From assembly GCA_964389655.1 (NCBI GenBank), contig CAYMED010000021.1:1-30118 (forward strand): 30,118 nucleotides of DNA. Reading direction: 5' to 3'. Source of the DNA: an uncultured Candidatus Poseidoniales archaeon. Its GTDB lineage: Archaea; Thermoplasmatota; Poseidoniia; Poseidoniales; CAYMED01. The notes beneath the pieces are model-generated. The model was not told where the DNA came from and ran no database searches. It worked only from the letters and a program-made list of their open reading frames with translations. The position numbers and the translations under genes are program-made. Each line of letters starts with the position of its first letter. Position 1 is the first letter of the stretch. This document shows positions 28,901-30,118 of the stretch, piece after piece.

Positions 28901-30118
28901 CGGCTTCAAAGATCCTCGAGGACACAATCTATGTAGGACCAAATGGTACTGACATAGAATTCTTGTTTAGTGCCACTTACGAGGAAAATTCCGACAGAGG
29001 CCCTGCTTGGGCAGAGTCAATGACCGCTGCAAGATATGTCTTTGACATCAGCATATGGGAGAACGCCTCAGACCTACTTGATGTTCGAGGCATGGTCACT
29101 CTCAAGCTGGAAGCCGACGTTGATTCAAGCATTCGAGAGTGGGTCGACACATGCCTTGGAGATGGAGATGGAATTGTCGACATTGATGAAGAAGCAGAGT
29201 TCAGAGAGATGATGGACTCTGATGACAATGATGATGGCGACCGTGGTCCAACCTTCTGGTGTTCCAGCCAGGTTGGAGGACTTCCTGACATGGAGATTCC
29301 ATTTGAATGGGTCAATGATGGCACAGAAGATTGTGGAGATGGGAGTGATGAACCCCAAGACTGGGATGGAGATGGCTTCACCGATAATTGGTTTGACTGT
29401 AGGGATGGCGGAAATATATCAATGGACAAAGTCAATGATGGAACATGGGATTGTTTAGATGGGTCTGACGAAGGAGAGAGAGATTCATCTGCTGATGCGC
29501 GCGATCATAATAATCGAAATTGCGACGAGAACATCTTGACCTTTGATGGAAATACAATGCGATGTATATCTGAAAAGATGGACTTTGTTGGTCTATCTGG
29601 ATCGACATCTAACACTTCCAGTGTTCAGATCGTTAATATAATGGAATTCGAAGCAGACATTGTATCTCAAGAACACCACCTCGTGGAATTACGCGAAGAT
29701 GCTAATGATTCGTCTGACGATGATGAGGGTGGTGATGAACCGGCACCACTATACATCTATTTGTCACCATCACACCTTGTGTTGGTAAGTGCCGAGATTA
29801 ACATATCTGGAACATGGAGCACACACGTATCTGGAGATATTTTGGATGCTGAGAACCTGACTGGCTTTAAGGTCCGGTTCAGCGATCCAACATACACAAA
29901 CAACACAGGCAACACCACGGATTGTGGCGCTGGATATTACTGGGATGAACTCACTAAAACATGTAAAGTTGACAATACCAACAACACCACAGATTGTGGC
30001 GCTGGATATTACTGGGATGAACTCACTAAAACATGTAAAGTTGACAATACCAACAACACCACAGATTGTGGCGCTGGATATTACTGGGATGAACTCACTA
30101 AAACATGTAAAGTTGACA
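25942..30118 (+). CDS. Giant secreted acidic surface glycoprotein/adhesin (partial, at least 1392 aa) with LDLa-like modules and Cys-rich tandem repeats
   Basis: Frame 1, translated by hand, has no stop from 25849 to the window end. ATG 25942 gives a signal peptide (MMRNPDAVSKSRPLMIALLFMLSAMAPIATA) and has TTGAAG 23 nt upstream. About 50 N-x-S/T sequons by manual count. Absent from the ORF track because it lacks a stop. Confidence 0.9.
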   Translation, partial: MMRNPDAVSKSRPLMIALLFMLSAMAPIATAGGTSASGATTSGYFYEDYMTGNTTYSIGIQNLTNNTDYTIFVSTYNGSTTPVINTTTSVVRTTCSSCSSLYETIDIGYIPFWTGVSVSVDVHQSSSASMANTSNWVTGWNDWHYRTPPSPQINAYENTYMKPYTLDISVWNLTSEGSYWGSWNTTDDKGTHVDWGAFNFSNTTQFAEYVNLTGTYVPGNYSYSVKLDADYDGDGKSDETVYHSNTFEIFKKIAHVMGDFGDYNSSTKTYPFTIDIMNADFEKNFTLEWKLIDERMIEYGDDPADAEVATGQESHVGDTTTMGLAYDYDINASVNYWVNNVEFIDLYLYPGQFHLSWQMLDDSGTVTESGHEWPSVGGSTVHVEAWPTDMAAGATGGSTSQVNMSNWSASVSLEPDYVWNTSNMTQNTTLQYDEYRVWTNVTAENGTQLYAWTYDWNTTGVGNATNPTPWRIQVGNGFDLIDIEEGEEYIITSEMQKMCGLGNWWGNPACEWTWDVERVWNHEPHVDDREFGNATMEGTITLPTTAYGCDDFGIGIAKKEVRMDDDGNTYDHWEYSYGNGSADRNYSFSDLPEGDFQVTAYTRCDHSDGNSEEMWGIHYSNGIGDHMNWSSVTLVNDTVVSGIDITLVHTGRLYGDAIVEGSFTVDDMMYNSSTCENFEITMWALSDWDEMEGRPYRDVRPAFGMHWGNHDEDYHGSDFSEEMNVTDVWWDYRVEDAPAGNWVITGAAECNDWNNDHRRVIGDGYYWNVTLEHDITLIDVDFHLNVTEKHGHPDATLDVDDYFTTDIEYEGWLDSWGEYNSTLYHVELALEMIVSLDPSIRGDYDNETGADGYVNHTDTWEMGHIFGFYGMSWEDEEDRNDEIAVTLSVDGIVYDGWMRFEGDWIENLEGDVLNTSNPEFRSAIRIDFKNVSLADDDNITILLGGLEFENSGDFTISSGGDWTLNDGQVDYPTGLTTFMNVKDDICSASKILEDTIYVGPNGTDIEFLFSATYEENSDRGPAWAESMTAARYVFDISIWENASDLLDVRGMVTLKLEADVDSSIREWVDTCLGDGDGIVDIDEEAEFREMMDSDDNDDGDRGPTFWCSSQVGGLPDMEIPFEWVNDGTEDCGDGSDEPQDWDGDGFTDNWFDCRDGGNISMDKVNDGTWDCLDGSDEGERDSSADARDHNNRNCDENILTFDGNTMRCISEKMDFVGLSGSTSNTSSVQIVNIMEFEADIVSQEHHLVELREDANDSSDDDEGGDEPAPLYIYLSPSHLVLVSAEINISGTWSTHVSGDILDAENLTGFKVRFSDPTYTNNTGNTTDCGAGYYWDELTKTCKVDNTNNTTDCGAGYYWDELTKTCKVDNTNNTTDCGAGYYWDELTKTCKVD
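29911..30118 (+). repeat. 72-nt in-frame tandem repeat, about 2.9 copies visible, truncated at the window end (unit DCGAGYYWDELTKTCKVDNTNNTT)
   Basis: GATTGTGGCGCTGGA… recurs at 29920, 29992 and 30064. Copies are identical except ACG/ACA at 29917-29919. Confidence 0.97.

Noticed and set aside
29911-30118. CRISPR array
   Set aside because: The whole 72-nt unit is repeated with no unique spacers, the length is a multiple of 3 within an open frame, and no cas genes are present.
1-30118. Mobile elements, provirus, defence systems, tRNA/rRNA genes
   Set aside because: No integrase, transposase, capsid, nuclease or cloverleaf/rRNA signatures were seen, and intergenic gaps are too short for most of these.

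Overview
Gene-dense archaeal chromosomal segment with no tRNA, rRNA, CRISPR array or mobile element. Stand-alone Taw1, an N-terminal-HAD/C-terminal-ECH fusion, mostly leaderless gene starts and giant acidic N-glycosylated surface proteins suggest marine Thermoplasmatota (Poseidoniia, Marine Group II-like); this is an inference. In order: truncated gene end, DEAD-box helicase, membrane protein, ChrR-like cupin, an uncalled 43-aa ORF, MMPL/RND transporter, APC amino-acid permease with a C-terminal EF-hand pair, a candidate box C/D sRNA, taw1, OsmC-like protein, proline iminopeptidase, a three-gene MacB/LolCDE-type ABC system (two different ATPases, one with an AbrB-like plus Zn-ribbon tail, around a permease with a pentapeptide-repeat insert), GT4 glycosyltransferase, 3-hydroxyacyl-CoA dehydrogenase/enoyl-CoA hydratase, and a Lon N-domain protein. 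A + strand cluster follows: small DG-repeat protein, 1341-aa polytopic membrane protein, membrane-anchored subtilisin, and a >1390-aa secreted glycoprotein missed by the ORF track because it runs off the end. That protein has two 2-Cys LDL-receptor-A-like modules and ends in a near-perfect 72-nt tandem repeat encoding a chitin-binding-domain-like C-x2-G-x2-W-D-x5-C motif. A degenerate TATA-like TT[C/G]A[A/T]N hexamer, or a near-match, sits 23-24 nt before many start codons.
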